A stretch of 64,000 bases of DNA from Deltaproteobacteria bacterium (GTDB lineage: Bacteria; Myxococcota_A; UBA9160; SZUA-336): positions 12,541 through 76,540 of the forward strand of contig JAJDAK010000067.1 of assembly GCA_029261895.1 (NCBI GenBank), written 5' to 3'. Every line of letters begins with the position of its first letter. Position 1 is the first letter of the stretch. The notes beneath the pieces were generated by a model, which made no database searches, was not told where the DNA came from, and saw only the letters and a list, made by a program, of their open reading frames with translations. Below, piece by piece: positions 1 to 9,535 of the stretch. A program made the position numbers and the translations under genes.

Positions 1-1
1 C

Positions 2-1567
2 TCATTTCCGCTTCTTCCTGCTCTTCTTTGCGTCCCTCTTGCGCTTTCTATCCTGAAACAGCTGGTTCACGCGAAGCGCAAACGGATAGAGCAAGACAGC
101 GAGTACGCGTGAACCGACCGATCGCGCTTCGGGCGCGGGCGACGCCATATTTCCAAGGCTTTCAACTCCGTCGGCGAAAACATCCGTCGCCGACACTTCG
201 ACGCCATGCGGACGAATGAACGCCTTTACGAAGTCATGAGACTGTCGCGCAGCGACGCTTGGCGCCGCGATGGACTCGCTTAATTGTTTCAAATGCTCGT
301 CGAAGCTTCGCGCGGATCGCAAGAGGCCTCCCGCCACATTCAGCAAGTAGTGAAAATGAAGCGTCCCCTCTTGATTGTCCCAGAATTCTGGCTCAAGGAT
401 CGTATGTACTGGCCGTCCTACAATGCCCGCCTCCAAGAACGCGCTGGTATTGAGCCCCACAACCGCGTGACTATGGTGTAACGATTCAAAATAGTCGCTC
501 CGGGACTCGTCATCGATCGGAACGGAGCCCCAGAGCGAAACATTATCGAATCCCGTGAGGTCGATATCGTTCCACAGGTGCATGCGGGTCGGATGGGGAC
601 GGACGAGAAGTCCTGCGCTCCGTAGTTGGGGAAAGGTTGCCGCGCGAATCCGTTCGATCCACTTGTAAACAAACTCCGCCTCACTCGGGCTCCCCGGAAA
701 GAGCGCGGAACACGCGTAGACTAGAAACGGGCGCTCCGGTCGCAATCCCACCTTCTCGCAGAAAGCCTCTCGGGAAAGTTCCGACCCACGGTCGAACCAG
801 TGGTCAAAACACTGCGCACCGGTCACGACCACCCGTTCGCGTGGCACGCCGTGCAGGTCCATCGCTTCGGTTCTTTGGGTTTCGTTCCAAACAAAGATGC
901 GATCCGGGTGATGGCGTAGTACCGCTTTGCTGGAGAGATGATCCCAGCTTGCCACACAGAGTGCCGTACGCAGACCGAGTGTTTTGGAAGCGCGAAGCAC
1001 CTCGAGCTGAGAGGAGCCCAATGCCAGCAACGGCGTAATGAGAACGAGATCTGGCTTCTCTTGGCGCAGAAACTCCAGCAGTGGAATTTGACTCGGTGCC
1101 GCTCTCTCAATCGTGCGTAAGCTCGCGGACAAGATACGAACCGCCCAGCGAGGGAATCGATTCAGGAACGGCAGCCGTTTCCGCACGAAAGGCGCCAAAC
1201 GTGTTCCGGCCCGACGACGCAGCTGCGGGAAACCCTTGTAGCTCTCATCCGAATAGCGGAAATAGTCGAGCAGACGCCGAATTTCGCGTACAAAGAGGAA
1301 CCAGACGCTCTGCTCAGCCGACGGCGCTTTGCCACAAGTAACCGTGGGAAATTCCCGAGTGAGACGGGCAGCCGTTTCGTAGCCTCCCACGTCCTTAGCG
1401 GTTTCAGGAATGATACGGATGCTATGCCCACGTACGGTAAGTTCTTGGATCACCGTGTCATAGATCCGCAAAGATCCTAGATGCGCGACCGAGAAAAGAA
1501 TCCGCAACGGGCGTGACCGTTGTGCATCGCTCCGAACGGGCGTAGCCTCTGCTTCAAACACTGTCAT
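2..1567 (-). CDS. TagF/KpsC-KpsS-like GT-B family protein, paralog A. C-terminus runs past the window start. Likely start is MTVFEAE, overlapping the stop of the upstream paralog by 4 nt.
   Basis: The N-terminal ~470 aa are collinear with the ORFs at 1564..4125 and 5878..7488. Shared blocks include ITPLL..S..L, SWDhLs.KG, VWNE.Q and RPHP...NTSA..EA.IVG.PV.T. The K/R-rich C-terminal tail continues beyond position 1. Confidence 0.6.
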   Translation of the reverse strand: MTVFEAEATPVRSDAQRSRPLRILFSVAHLGSLRIYDTVIQELTVRGHSIRIIPETAKDVGGYETAARLTREFPTVTCGKAPSAEQSVWFLFVREIRRLLDYFRYSDESYKGFPQLRRRAGTRLAPFVRKRLPFLNRFPRWAVRILSASLRTIERAAPSQIPLLEFLRQEKPDLVLITPLLALGSSQLEVLRASKTLGLRTALCVASWDHLSSKAVLRHHPDRIFVWNETQRTEAMDLHGVPRERVVVTGAQCFDHWFDRGSELSREAFCEKVGLRPERPFLVYACSALFPGSPSEAEFVYKWIERIRAATFPQLRSAGLLVRPHPTRMHLWNDIDLTGFDNVSLWGSVPIDDESRSDYFESLHHSHAVVGLNTSAFLEAGIVGRPVHTILEPEFWDNQEGTLHFHYLLNVAGGLLRSARSFDEHLKQLSESIAAPSVAARQSHDFVKAFIRPHGVEVSATDVFADGVESLGNMASPAPEARSVGSRVLAVLLYPFALRVNQLFQDRKRKRDAKKSRKKRK

Positions 1568-4125
1568 CGCAAGTTCCAGTCGGCCCCAAGGCCCAATCGG
1601 AGGGTATCGAGATCGTCTAGATCCAACGCAATAAACCTCCCCGCTCCTAGGGACTGAAATATATCGCGTGCGAGCGCAAGATGGTCCGCTCGAAAACTTT
1701 GCTGGCCGGAATAAAATGAGACCGTATCGACGCCACAAAGCGGGCCAAGATACGAAAATCCGCCGTAGGTTCCGACCAGAGCCCGCGCGTTGGCAATCAA
1801 CTGCGTCTGTACATCCAGGTTGTTCTGCGGCGTAATGAGGTGGCTAATCGTGTGCAAGCGGTCTCGTTGAGCAGCCGTAAAATCTCCATGGTCATCTACG
1901 CGTAGCCCCGTATCGAGCAGCACAACATCGGTTTCACGGGTCAGATTCTCAAGCAACGCAGAAACAAACTGACGGGTGCGGGGATTATCGGGAAAGGCCG
2001 CGCTGTCATAGAACTTGACCGCCACGTAGGAATCCGGGAGCCCCACTAAATCCTGCGATGTTTCCATCGGAGCAAACATTCGATACGAGCTAAAAGACTC
2101 GATCAGTCTAACCGAGGTTTGTTTGCGCCAAAACAGCCGGAACAAATTGTACATCAGCGAAGGATGCAGCCACTGGCTCTGATTAAGGCTCGACGGTTGA
2201 CCTAGCTGCGCAAGAATTTCACGATCGAATGCGGAAACACTTACGTGCTTAAGGTTGCCACCCTGCTGTGCGGTTCGTTCATCGTTCTTCGTGCGAAAAG
2301 TACCCGGCTCAAACAGCTCGAAGATGTCACGGTAGTTCGGAGATATATCTCGGTACCAATGCGACGGACCACCACGTGACAGCACGATCAGTCGGTCGCC
2401 ACGGATTCCCCCGTACGCTTTGGCCCAGTGGAGAAACGGGATCCAATACAGCAGTTCAAAACCAACTTCGGTAATCCAGGGACCCACAACGATGGGTCGA
2501 TCGCCGTCGCCGAGCGCACGGATAGTGTCCTTGGTGGCCTGTACTTCCGGGAACTGCGCAAGCAGATTCTTGGGACGACGTGTCTTTTTCTCGGTTTTCG
2601 ACGGAACACCGCCGCCTTTGAGCTGTGACTTCCGTGGAACGACGGACTCAAGTCGACGACGCAACGAAGCTACACCACGAAATCCCGCAAAAGCCAACGC
2701 CAACGGAAATCGCAGCAGAACACCCCAAACAGGTACTGGCTCGGGCGGCGGCTTTTCGAGCTGCTCCAGACTTTCGATTGCGTCGGCAAGCAGTGGCGTG
2801 CTTGCATGCGCTAGTCCCTGTGGGCGTACGAACGCTCGAAGAAACTGCTCGCCGGTTTTTATAGCGGCATCGGGGTCTTCAAGCGTACGCGACAACGCGC
2901 GCGTGTGTTCACTGAGCGTCGTGCTCAACTGCACGAAGCCGCCATTTTCGGGTACGAGATAATGAAAGTGAAGTGTTCCCTGCTGCCGTCCCGCGTATTC
3001 AGGAACAGCAATGGTATGAACGGCTTTACCTACGATCGCCGCTTCGATCATCGCACTGGTGTTGATACCGACGACGGCAGCGCTGTGATAGAGCGAATCA
3101 AAATAGTCGTCCTGATCGCGTGCATTGACCGCACTGCTTTGCTCTCTGGGCCAAACTGCAACCGCCTCGAGGTCAGTGAAGTCTGCATTCTCCCACGGTC
3201 CCGTATTATAAGGATGCGGCCGAATCAAGACTGCCAGCTCACGCACGGACGGATCATCACTTCTACGCAACGCTTCGATCCAGCCCCGAACCCATTCGAC
3301 TTCCGCACCACGCCCCGCAATAAATCCGGAAGACGCGACGAAGAGAACATAGCGTCGAGAGGCGGGAAGGCCGGCAGCCTGGCAGAACTCTGCATACGTG
3401 CGACTCGGCTTCCGACCGAACCAAGTATCAAAAAGTGGCGTCCCCGTAATCACCACGTTTGACGCGGCGGTCCCATGAAATTCTACCGCTTCCTGTTTTT
3501 GAAATTCATTCCATACGAAGACGCGCTGCGGTTGAACCCGCAGCAGGCCTTTGTTTGTCAGGTTGTCCCAACTGGGGATGCAAACCCCGGTTCGGATCCC
3601 CAATGCCTTGGCGCTCTTAATGAGATCCACCTGCTCCGATGCTGCCTCGACCAACGGGGTGACAATTACTGCGTCGGGATCTTGGGAACGAATAAATTCG
3701 AGGGTCGCAGCATCGCAGGGGAGTGCGCGCTCCGCCGCGGCCAGGACACTCATGCAAAGCTGCACCAGGGCTTCCGGTAAACGGCGCACCCGCATACGAG
3801 CAGCTGAAGCGCCGAAGACCTTACGGATCATCCGCTCACGAAGTGCGTGGGCATCTACGTAGCGAGGGTGAAAAAATCGTAAAACGTCCATCGCGCCGCG
3901 GATCACTCGAGCGATCGATCCCCAGCGACCTGCCCGACTTGGAACTTTGCCGAGCACCCGAATCGAACCGGTACCACGCGCGAGATGATCCCAGCGAATC
4001 GTCTTGTCTTTCTCCATACGATTGATCGCGAGCGACACCTGATGGCCCCGGCGCGATAGTTCTCGCAACGTGGACTCATAGAAGCGTAGATAGTCGGGAG
4101 AAGCGACCACGACGAGAAGCTTCAT
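1564..4125 (-). CDS. TagF/KpsC-KpsS-like GT-B family protein, paralog B (853 aa), with an extra ~380 aa C-terminal domain of unknown function
   Basis: The N-terminal ~470 aa are homologous to paralogs A and C, sharing the SWDNLTNKG and IRPHPYN..GINTSAMIEAAIVGKAVHTI blocks. It lies 18 nt downstream of the ABC ATPase gene on the same strand. Confidence 0.65.
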   Translation of the reverse strand: MKLLVVVASPDYLRFYESTLRELSRRGHQVSLAINRMEKDKTIRWDHLARGTGSIRVLGKVPSRAGRWGSIARVIRGAMDVLRFFHPRYVDAHALRERMIRKVFGASAARMRVRRLPEALVQLCMSVLAAAERALPCDAATLEFIRSQDPDAVIVTPLVEAASEQVDLIKSAKALGIRTGVCIPSWDNLTNKGLLRVQPQRVFVWNEFQKQEAVEFHGTAASNVVITGTPLFDTWFGRKPSRTYAEFCQAAGLPASRRYVLFVASSGFIAGRGAEVEWVRGWIEALRRSDDPSVRELAVLIRPHPYNTGPWENADFTDLEAVAVWPREQSSAVNARDQDDYFDSLYHSAAVVGINTSAMIEAAIVGKAVHTIAVPEYAGRQQGTLHFHYLVPENGGFVQLSTTLSEHTRALSRTLEDPDAAIKTGEQFLRAFVRPQGLAHASTPLLADAIESLEQLEKPPPEPVPVWGVLLRFPLALAFAGFRGVASLRRRLESVVPRKSQLKGGGVPSKTEKKTRRPKNLLAQFPEVQATKDTIRALGDGDRPIVVGPWITEVGFELLYWIPFLHWAKAYGGIRGDRLIVLSRGGPSHWYRDISPNYRDIFELFEPGTFRTKNDERTAQQGGNLKHVSVSAFDREILAQLGQPSSLNQSQWLHPSLMYNLFRLFWRKQTSVRLIESFSSYRMFAPMETSQDLVGLPDSYVAVKFYDSAAFPDNPRTRQFVSALLENLTRETDVVLLDTGLRVDDHGDFTAAQRDRLHTISHLITPQNNLDVQTQLIANARALVGTYGGFSYLGPLCGVDTVSFYSGQQSFRADHLALARDIFQSLGAGRFIALDLDDLDTLRLGLGADWNLR

Positions 4126-4143
4126 AAACTTGGTATCTCCTGG

Positions 4144-4968
4144 CTAAATGAGATCCACATCATCTTCGTCGACCATGCTCAAATCCGCATCATCATCGCC
4201 ATCATCACTTGCGCCACGAAGCTTGTCGACACAGATGGGCAGCACATCGTCCGGAGGCCCGGCGGCGATCAGCTCACCTTTCTCCAACATGAAAACGCGA
4301 TCGATCTGCTGGGGAAGAATATCAAGATGTGGTGACATAAAAATGACCGTTCGGCCGTTTCGTTTGCGTTCAAGCTCCGCGACAAAGCGCCGCCGAAGCT
4401 CCTGCGATCGTGCGCTGGGCAGCCCATCGATGACGAACACATCGGCGCCCGAATACAAGCCAGCGAGCGCGGTACCGACGGTCAAGCAGTCACGTGGGAG
4501 ATCATGAACTTTCGCCTCCTTCCACTCTTGCCAGCCAAAGGTATCGAGAATCGCCTCACCAGCCGTCCGGCGTTCTCGTAGTGGTACGCCAAAAAGCGCC
4601 ATCGACAGTCTGAGGTGTTCGCTGAATAGAATGAAGCGTTTCGCCCCGAGCTTACTCTTGGGTATGAGTACAGCCTTGCCATAAACGCGGACGTGACCTT
4701 GATCGGGTCGTAGCAGCCCAGCGATCAGTCTAGCCAGCGTACTTTTCCCAGAATTTCGTTCGCCCAGCACCAGGACGACTTCACCGGGCTTGATCGAGAA
4801 ACTCAGGTTTCGGAGCGCAGAGATGCTATTGGGAATGTGCGCCTTCCGACGCTGAATGCCGGGTAAGAGCATATCGAAGAATGCACGGGAACGAGCTTGG
4901 TCGAACGATCCGTAGAAAGCTTTCGATACCTGCTTCGCAACGATCGCGCCGGCGGCCCCTTTAGCCAT
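4144..4968 (-). CDS. KpsT/TagH-like polysaccharide ABC transporter ATP-binding protein with degenerate signature and Walker B motifs
   Basis: Walker A is GERNSGKST and the H-loop is MSPHL. The expected signature SSGM reads PRDC and Walker B reads VFVIDG, with Asp-Gly instead of Asp-Glu. The start is chosen at MAKGAAG so it does not overlap the divergent permease. Confidence 0.6.
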   Translation of the reverse strand: MAKGAAGAIVAKQVSKAFYGSFDQARSRAFFDMLLPGIQRRKAHIPNSISALRNLSFSIKPGEVVLVLGERNSGKSTLARLIAGLLRPDQGHVRVYGKAVLIPKSKLGAKRFILFSEHLRLSMALFGVPLRERRTAGEAILDTFGWQEWKEAKVHDLPRDCLTVGTALAGLYSGADVFVIDGLPSARSQELRRRFVAELERKRNGRTVIFMSPHLDILPQQIDRVFMLEKGELIAAGPPDDVLPICVDKLRGASDDGDDDADLSMVDEDDVDLI

Positions 4969-5057
4969 ACAGCATGCCCTCCAGAAGCTCATCCGGGCTT
5001 AACGCCGGAGGACGGTCACCCCGCACTTCGATCGAGGGTACGGGTTCCCATTTTGGA

Positions 5058-5912
5058 GTGCAAGCACTATGCTCCTCGACCGTGATCGAGATTTTCGTCC
5101 TCGGATGGCAGCTTTTTCTACGCGACTTTCGTACTCGCTACCGCCAAGCCTACCTGGGTTACGTCTGGGCTTTTGCTCGGATTGTTTTGACCGGCGGCCC
5201 CATCATCATGGTAGGAAATCAGTTCGGCTTGGGAGAAGCCGACCCGACGGTCGACTACATTCCGTTTGCGTTCGCCGGCACGTTCTTTTTTCAGGTTTTC
5301 TGGGATGGCCTCGTGATGCCTCAATGGATCGGCCGACGGATGCGCGTCATTATGCGAGATATTCCGATCCCTAGCTCGGCTGTGCTCGTCGCTGCAGCGT
5401 GTTACACGGGGTTTAACTCGTTGCTATCCGGGATCGTCCTAACCGTGTTGCTCGTGGTCTTTGACGCGTCAATCGCAGCCACATTCCCACTCATCCTCGT
5501 GAGCTTCCCGGTGGTCATGCTGGCAGGCATCGCCGTCGGAGCGTTCATTTTACCCGTGACTTTCGTCTATCTCGACATCCGCTACGCGCTGACCTTCATT
5601 GCGCCGGTCGTGATGTTCAGCACACCGATATTCTACGTCTCACCCGAGACCGGATTCCTCGCCACAGTAAACACTTGGAACCCACTCACCTATCTGATCA
5701 ACACGCCGAGGGACTGGCTCTTCGCTGGCTTTACCGGGGACGAGCCCCTCTTCGCAGCCATCATCGTATTCGTCTTCATACTGCTGGCAATCGCGTTGCT
5801 GTTTTTGCGACGCGGACTCCCGATCGCACTCGAGCAACTCATCCGCCCTCAGGGTTCGGGCGAGGATCCAAGTCCGATCAATGATCCTCTGGCTCATCCG
5901 GCGGGTAGATAG
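5058..5912 (+). CDS. ABC-2 type (KpsM/Wzm/TagG-like) polysaccharide export permease. Start is uncertain, GTG at 5058 or 5082.
   Basis: It carries the FLRDFRTRYRQAYLGYVWAF motif typical of ABC-2 Wzm/KpsM permeases, followed by about six hydrophobic segments. The ATG-ORF start at 4974 would overlap the divergent ATPase. Confidence 0.65.
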   Translation: MQALCSSTVIEIFVLGWQLFLRDFRTRYRQAYLGYVWAFARIVLTGGPIIMVGNQFGLGEADPTVDYIPFAFAGTFFFQVFWDGLVMPQWIGRRMRVIMRDIPIPSSAVLVAAACYTGFNSLLSGIVLTVLLVVFDASIAATFPLILVSFPVVMLAGIAVGAFILPVTFVYLDIRYALTFIAPVVMFSTPIFYVSPETGFLATVNTWNPLTYLINTPRDWLFAGFTGDEPLFAAIIVFVFILLAIALLFLRRGLPIALEQLIRPQGSGEDPSPINDPLAHPAGR

Positions 5913-7488
5913 CATTTCGAACCCGATCCCGGAGCTCAACCAACAACGCCCGGGCGCGCTTCCGGACAATGCGAAGGGGCCGCGTGAGTCGACGCTGTAC
6001 GCGGTGAGCATCGACGCCCGCCTTCAACGCGAAGGCGACGTTGGCACCGATCGCCAGCGGAAATAGCAAGGGGATGAGTGCGGGGGTCCACGCGGGTCGC
6101 GGTGAACGCGGTACCGGCTGAAGACTTCCCGTTTCCTCAACGACGTCCGCCATTACTGTAGCCGCCGGTGTATCCAACCCTTGAGGGCGCACATAACCAG
6201 AGACGAAGCGCAGACTCTTCTCGTCGGTCTTTGACTCGGTTGCCAACGCCGAACTCAAGTCGGCAATGTGGCGGTCCATGTCGTGCGAAACATGCAGCAG
6301 CCCGCCGTGAAAATGCAGCAGATGCTGGAAGTGAATCGTCTCGACCTGCGACGCACCTAAATCCTGGCGTAGGAGCGTGAAGACGGGTCGCCCGATGATC
6401 GCGGATTCAATCAAGCCGCTCGTGTTCAACCCGATCACTGCATGACTGTGGTACATGGAGTCGTAGTAGTTCGCGCTCGAGGCTGAGTCGATGGGATTCG
6501 CGCCATGACGCGGCCAAATGCTCACGTTCTCGAAACGACCTAGATCGAATGTCTCCCATTGCGCCGCGTTTTGAGGATGGGGTCGGATCAGGATGCCAAC
6601 CTCGTTCAAATCGATTTTTCCGCAGTCACGCAACGTATGCAGCCACTCATCCACAAATTCCCACTCACGCGGGGCAATGAACATCGATGAAGCAAGGTAG
6701 AGCAAATACGGTCGGTCGCTGCGCAAACCCACTTCGCTACAGAATGCGGCTCGATTCGTACTGGGCTCCGCACCGAACCAACGGTCATAGCCGGGGGCAC
6801 CCGTGAGTTTGATGCGCTCCATGGGAACTTGATGCAGGCGGATCGCCTCTTCACGCTGAATTTCATTCCAAACCGCGACCCGGTCCGGAACTTCGTGAAT
6901 CTGTCCTTTGGTCGTTAGATGATCCCAACTCCCGATGCAGAGCAAGCTGGGCAACCCGCGACGACGAGCCGTGCGTACGAGATCCACCTGTTGTGAGCCG
7001 AAGTACAATAAGGGCGTCGTGATCAATACATCGGGCTTATGCGCCTCAATAAAAGCGTCGACCGCACCACTGATCGGAACCGCGCGCTCCAGCGTCTTCA
7101 ACAACGTACCGATCCAACGTCGACCCGTGGAACCTCGGAAGATACCAAAGCTGAGTACCTTCAGCGTCCAACCGGGCAGATGGGATGCTGCACGCGCGCG
7201 GAGCCGCGGGGTGTCGGCGAAACTCGGTTCTAAATAGCGGAGGTAATCGATACAGAGACGAATCGCGCGAGCCAACGCACGCCACATTCCGCTGCTGTAC
7301 CGCGGCTGATCCACGATGGAAACCGAGGTCAAGTCCAGCGCCAGTCGGTCCGCGATTTGACGCTCGTCGGGCTTGCCTTTGCGCTCCGCAAAAAGCAGCA
7401 CCTCATGGCCGCGTTCCGCTAGCGTGCGAACCGTGGTTTCGAAATTGCGCAGGAAGCCGAAATGGGCGGTGAAGAAGATGATCCTCAT
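5878..7488 (-). CDS. TagF/KpsC-KpsS-like GT-B family protein, paralog C (536 aa)
   Basis: It is collinear with paralogs A and B, sharing ITTPLLYFGSQQVDL, GSWDHLTTKG and IRPHPQN..GLNTSGLIESAIIGRPVFTL. It is convergent with the permease, with a 35-nt overlap. Confidence 0.65.
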   Translation of the reverse strand: MRIIFFTAHFGFLRNFETTVRTLAERGHEVLLFAERKGKPDERQIADRLALDLTSVSIVDQPRYSSGMWRALARAIRLCIDYLRYLEPSFADTPRLRARAASHLPGWTLKVLSFGIFRGSTGRRWIGTLLKTLERAVPISGAVDAFIEAHKPDVLITTPLLYFGSQQVDLVRTARRRGLPSLLCIGSWDHLTTKGQIHEVPDRVAVWNEIQREEAIRLHQVPMERIKLTGAPGYDRWFGAEPSTNRAAFCSEVGLRSDRPYLLYLASSMFIAPREWEFVDEWLHTLRDCGKIDLNEVGILIRPHPQNAAQWETFDLGRFENVSIWPRHGANPIDSASSANYYDSMYHSHAVIGLNTSGLIESAIIGRPVFTLLRQDLGASQVETIHFQHLLHFHGGLLHVSHDMDRHIADLSSALATESKTDEKSLRFVSGYVRPQGLDTPAATVMADVVEETGSLQPVPRSPRPAWTPALIPLLFPLAIGANVAFALKAGVDAHRVQRRLTRPLRIVRKRARALLVELRDRVRNAIYPPDEPEDH

Positions 7489-7658
7489 CGCTCGAGAGCA
7501 ACCCCTCGATCCACGAGCCCTGTTGGTAATCTCGGGTTCAATTCAATCCCCCTCTGGGAACAGCACGGTAGGGGTACCGCTTAAAGGGATCAAGTCGAAA
7601 ACGCGCAAGTTGGACTCATCCGCAGACGCCAGCCGATCGGGCCACTATACTTCTCGCC

Positions 7659-8573
7659 ATGGAACCTGAGCTCGACCTGAAATCGCTGGCCAGCCAGCGG
7701 GAGATCGCGGAGATCTTCGCGCCGTACGTACGTGAACGCATGCCCACGGCTTCGGAGGGCTGGATCCGGCTTGCAGAATCGCGCGCGAATAAAAAGAAGA
7801 AGGCCTTGGGGAAGAAGCGCGGGCCGGTGGACCGCACGTCAAAGCTCCTATCACCGCTCGACCCGTCGCTCGGAGATTTGGATCGCGCACGCGAGTGGTT
7901 TTCTCTCAAACTGAGTCCGGAAGGTAAACCCGTCCCCTGTGAGTGGGGCGATGAAGGTCTGATGGCCAAAGGCGTGGGCACCGCCCGCGTGCAACTGTTT
8001 TTGCTGCTTCGGGCGATCGAAGCCCTGCAGCCCGAGAACATTCTGGAAGTTGGATCGGGAAGCGGCATCAACCTCTTCGTTTTGGCCACGCGCTTTCCAT
8101 CCGTCCGCTGCTCGGGACTTGAGCTCGAGCCAGATTCCGTCGCGCGGGCCAAAGCGATCACGCAAGATCCGATGCTGCCTGAGGCTCTTTGTCAGTTTTC
8201 TCCGCTGCCACTCGATACGAACTCGGCCCATACCCGCATCCAGTTCCACCACGGGAATGCTGCCGCCCTGCCGTTCGCCGACGGCTCATTCGATGTTTCA
8301 TTCACCCGGCTCGCTCTCGAACAAATGCAGGACGTTCGTGACCAAGCGCTCACCGAGCTGCGCCGTGTTTCCCGAAAATATGTGGTGATGATTGAGTCCT
8401 TCCGCGACTGGAATGACTCGGGGATTCGGCGCGATTACATACGGTCGAAGAATTATTTTGATGCGTCACTCGAGGACTTGAATCGCTACGGACTCGAACC
8501 GATTCTGGCCTTCAATGACTTTCCGTCCAAGCTGACGCTTAAGCCCGGGATCGTCATTGCGCGTGTACGTTAA
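7659..8573 (+). CDS. Class I SAM-dependent methyltransferase
   Basis: Motif I is ILEVGSGSGINL and the acidic/motif II region is LELEPD...FADGSFDVSF. Confidence 0.7.
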   Translation: MEPELDLKSLASQREIAEIFAPYVRERMPTASEGWIRLAESRANKKKKALGKKRGPVDRTSKLLSPLDPSLGDLDRAREWFSLKLSPEGKPVPCEWGDEGLMAKGVGTARVQLFLLLRAIEALQPENILEVGSGSGINLFVLATRFPSVRCSGLELEPDSVARAKAITQDPMLPEALCQFSPLPLDTNSAHTRIQFHHGNAAALPFADGSFDVSFTRLALEQMQDVRDQALTELRRVSRKYVVMIESFRDWNDSGIRRDYIRSKNYFDASLEDLNRYGLEPILAFNDFPSKLTLKPGIVIARVR

Positions 8574-8593
8574 TCAACAGAGCAGGGCCTGCT

Positions 8594-9535
8594 ATGTTTG
8601 AAAAAATTAACTCGCGAATTCGCAAACGCTTAAACTTTCGCCCAAAGACGAAACCGCCACAGCCAGTAGCAGTTACCGTACAAACACCCAGCCCGGCTGA
8701 GCTTGCTCGACTCTCCAAAGAATTCAATTTAGAACGGATCACACAGCATGTGCACGAACGAATGGCGGCGAGCAAAGTCATTGAAGAACCTGGCCCTCAT
8801 CTAATCGTAGATCATTTACTTCCCAACGACTTCTATCAAAAGCTCGTTGATGCCGTGCCACCCTCGACATATTTCACGGGCGGAGACAACGTCAGGCTAA
8901 AATGCCGGATGAGTACACCCGACCTGCCCCAAGAGACACGAACACTTTGGGGGTTCATGAGCTACGTCGTATGCCCCCAAGTGATTCAACCAGCGACGCA
9001 AGCAAAATTCGCCGCGTATTTTGACGACTTCTACGTTCAGGTCTTCGGCAAGGACATGGTTCGGGATGGCCGCACACTGCCTCGCTCGGTTTCTGATCAG
9101 CGCTTCTTACTTGGACGCCCCGGTTACAAACTCAAGCCACATATGGATCGCAAGCCCGTCTTACTCACGCATCTCTTGTACCTGCCGAAAGACCCCGGCA
9201 GCGATGAGAGATTCGGGACACAACTCTTTAAGGTCGACCGCGAATTCGTGGCCCGTTACGTCGAGACCTACTATCCGGGAAACGATGGCATGCGTTGCGA
9301 ATACCTCAAGAGCATGCCGTATCGCTGGAACACCATGGCAACGTTGATGAATTCGCGCGTCGTGCATGGGGCCGATATTCCCGCCGACCAAGCTCCGCCC
9401 ACCTTAGAGCGGCGAGCGTTTCAATTCTACGTCAGTTTGGATCCCGAACCGCTTGAGGAGTTTGTCGATACCCTGCCCGAAGAACTCCGTACGCCTTGGT
9501 TTGCAGAACGCACATCACTTGCGACGCCGCTTTAG
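8594..9535 (+). CDS. Hypothetical protein, possibly a 2OG/Fe oxygenase-like fold
   Basis: An ORF of 313 aa with plausible codon usage. An HMD ... VVHGAD pattern weakly resembles an HxD...H facial triad. No firm family call. Confidence 0.35.
   Translation: MFEKINSRIRKRLNFRPKTKPPQPVAVTVQTPSPAELARLSKEFNLERITQHVHERMAASKVIEEPGPHLIVDHLLPNDFYQKLVDAVPPSTYFTGGDNVRLKCRMSTPDLPQETRTLWGFMSYVVCPQVIQPATQAKFAAYFDDFYVQVFGKDMVRDGRTLPRSVSDQRFLLGRPGYKLKPHMDRKPVLLTHLLYLPKDPGSDERFGTQLFKVDREFVARYVETYYPGNDGMRCEYLKSMPYRWNTMATLMNSRVVHGADIPADQAPPTLERRAFQFYVSLDPEPLEEFVDTLPEELRTPWFAERTSLATPL

Noticed and set aside
4974-4992. Apparent 19-nt overlap of divergent start codons of the ABC permease and the ATPase
   Set aside because: It is an artefact of taking the longest ORFs. 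Internal starts (ATPase at MAKGAAG, permease at GTG 5058 or 5082) remove the overlap and fit the homolog N-termini better.
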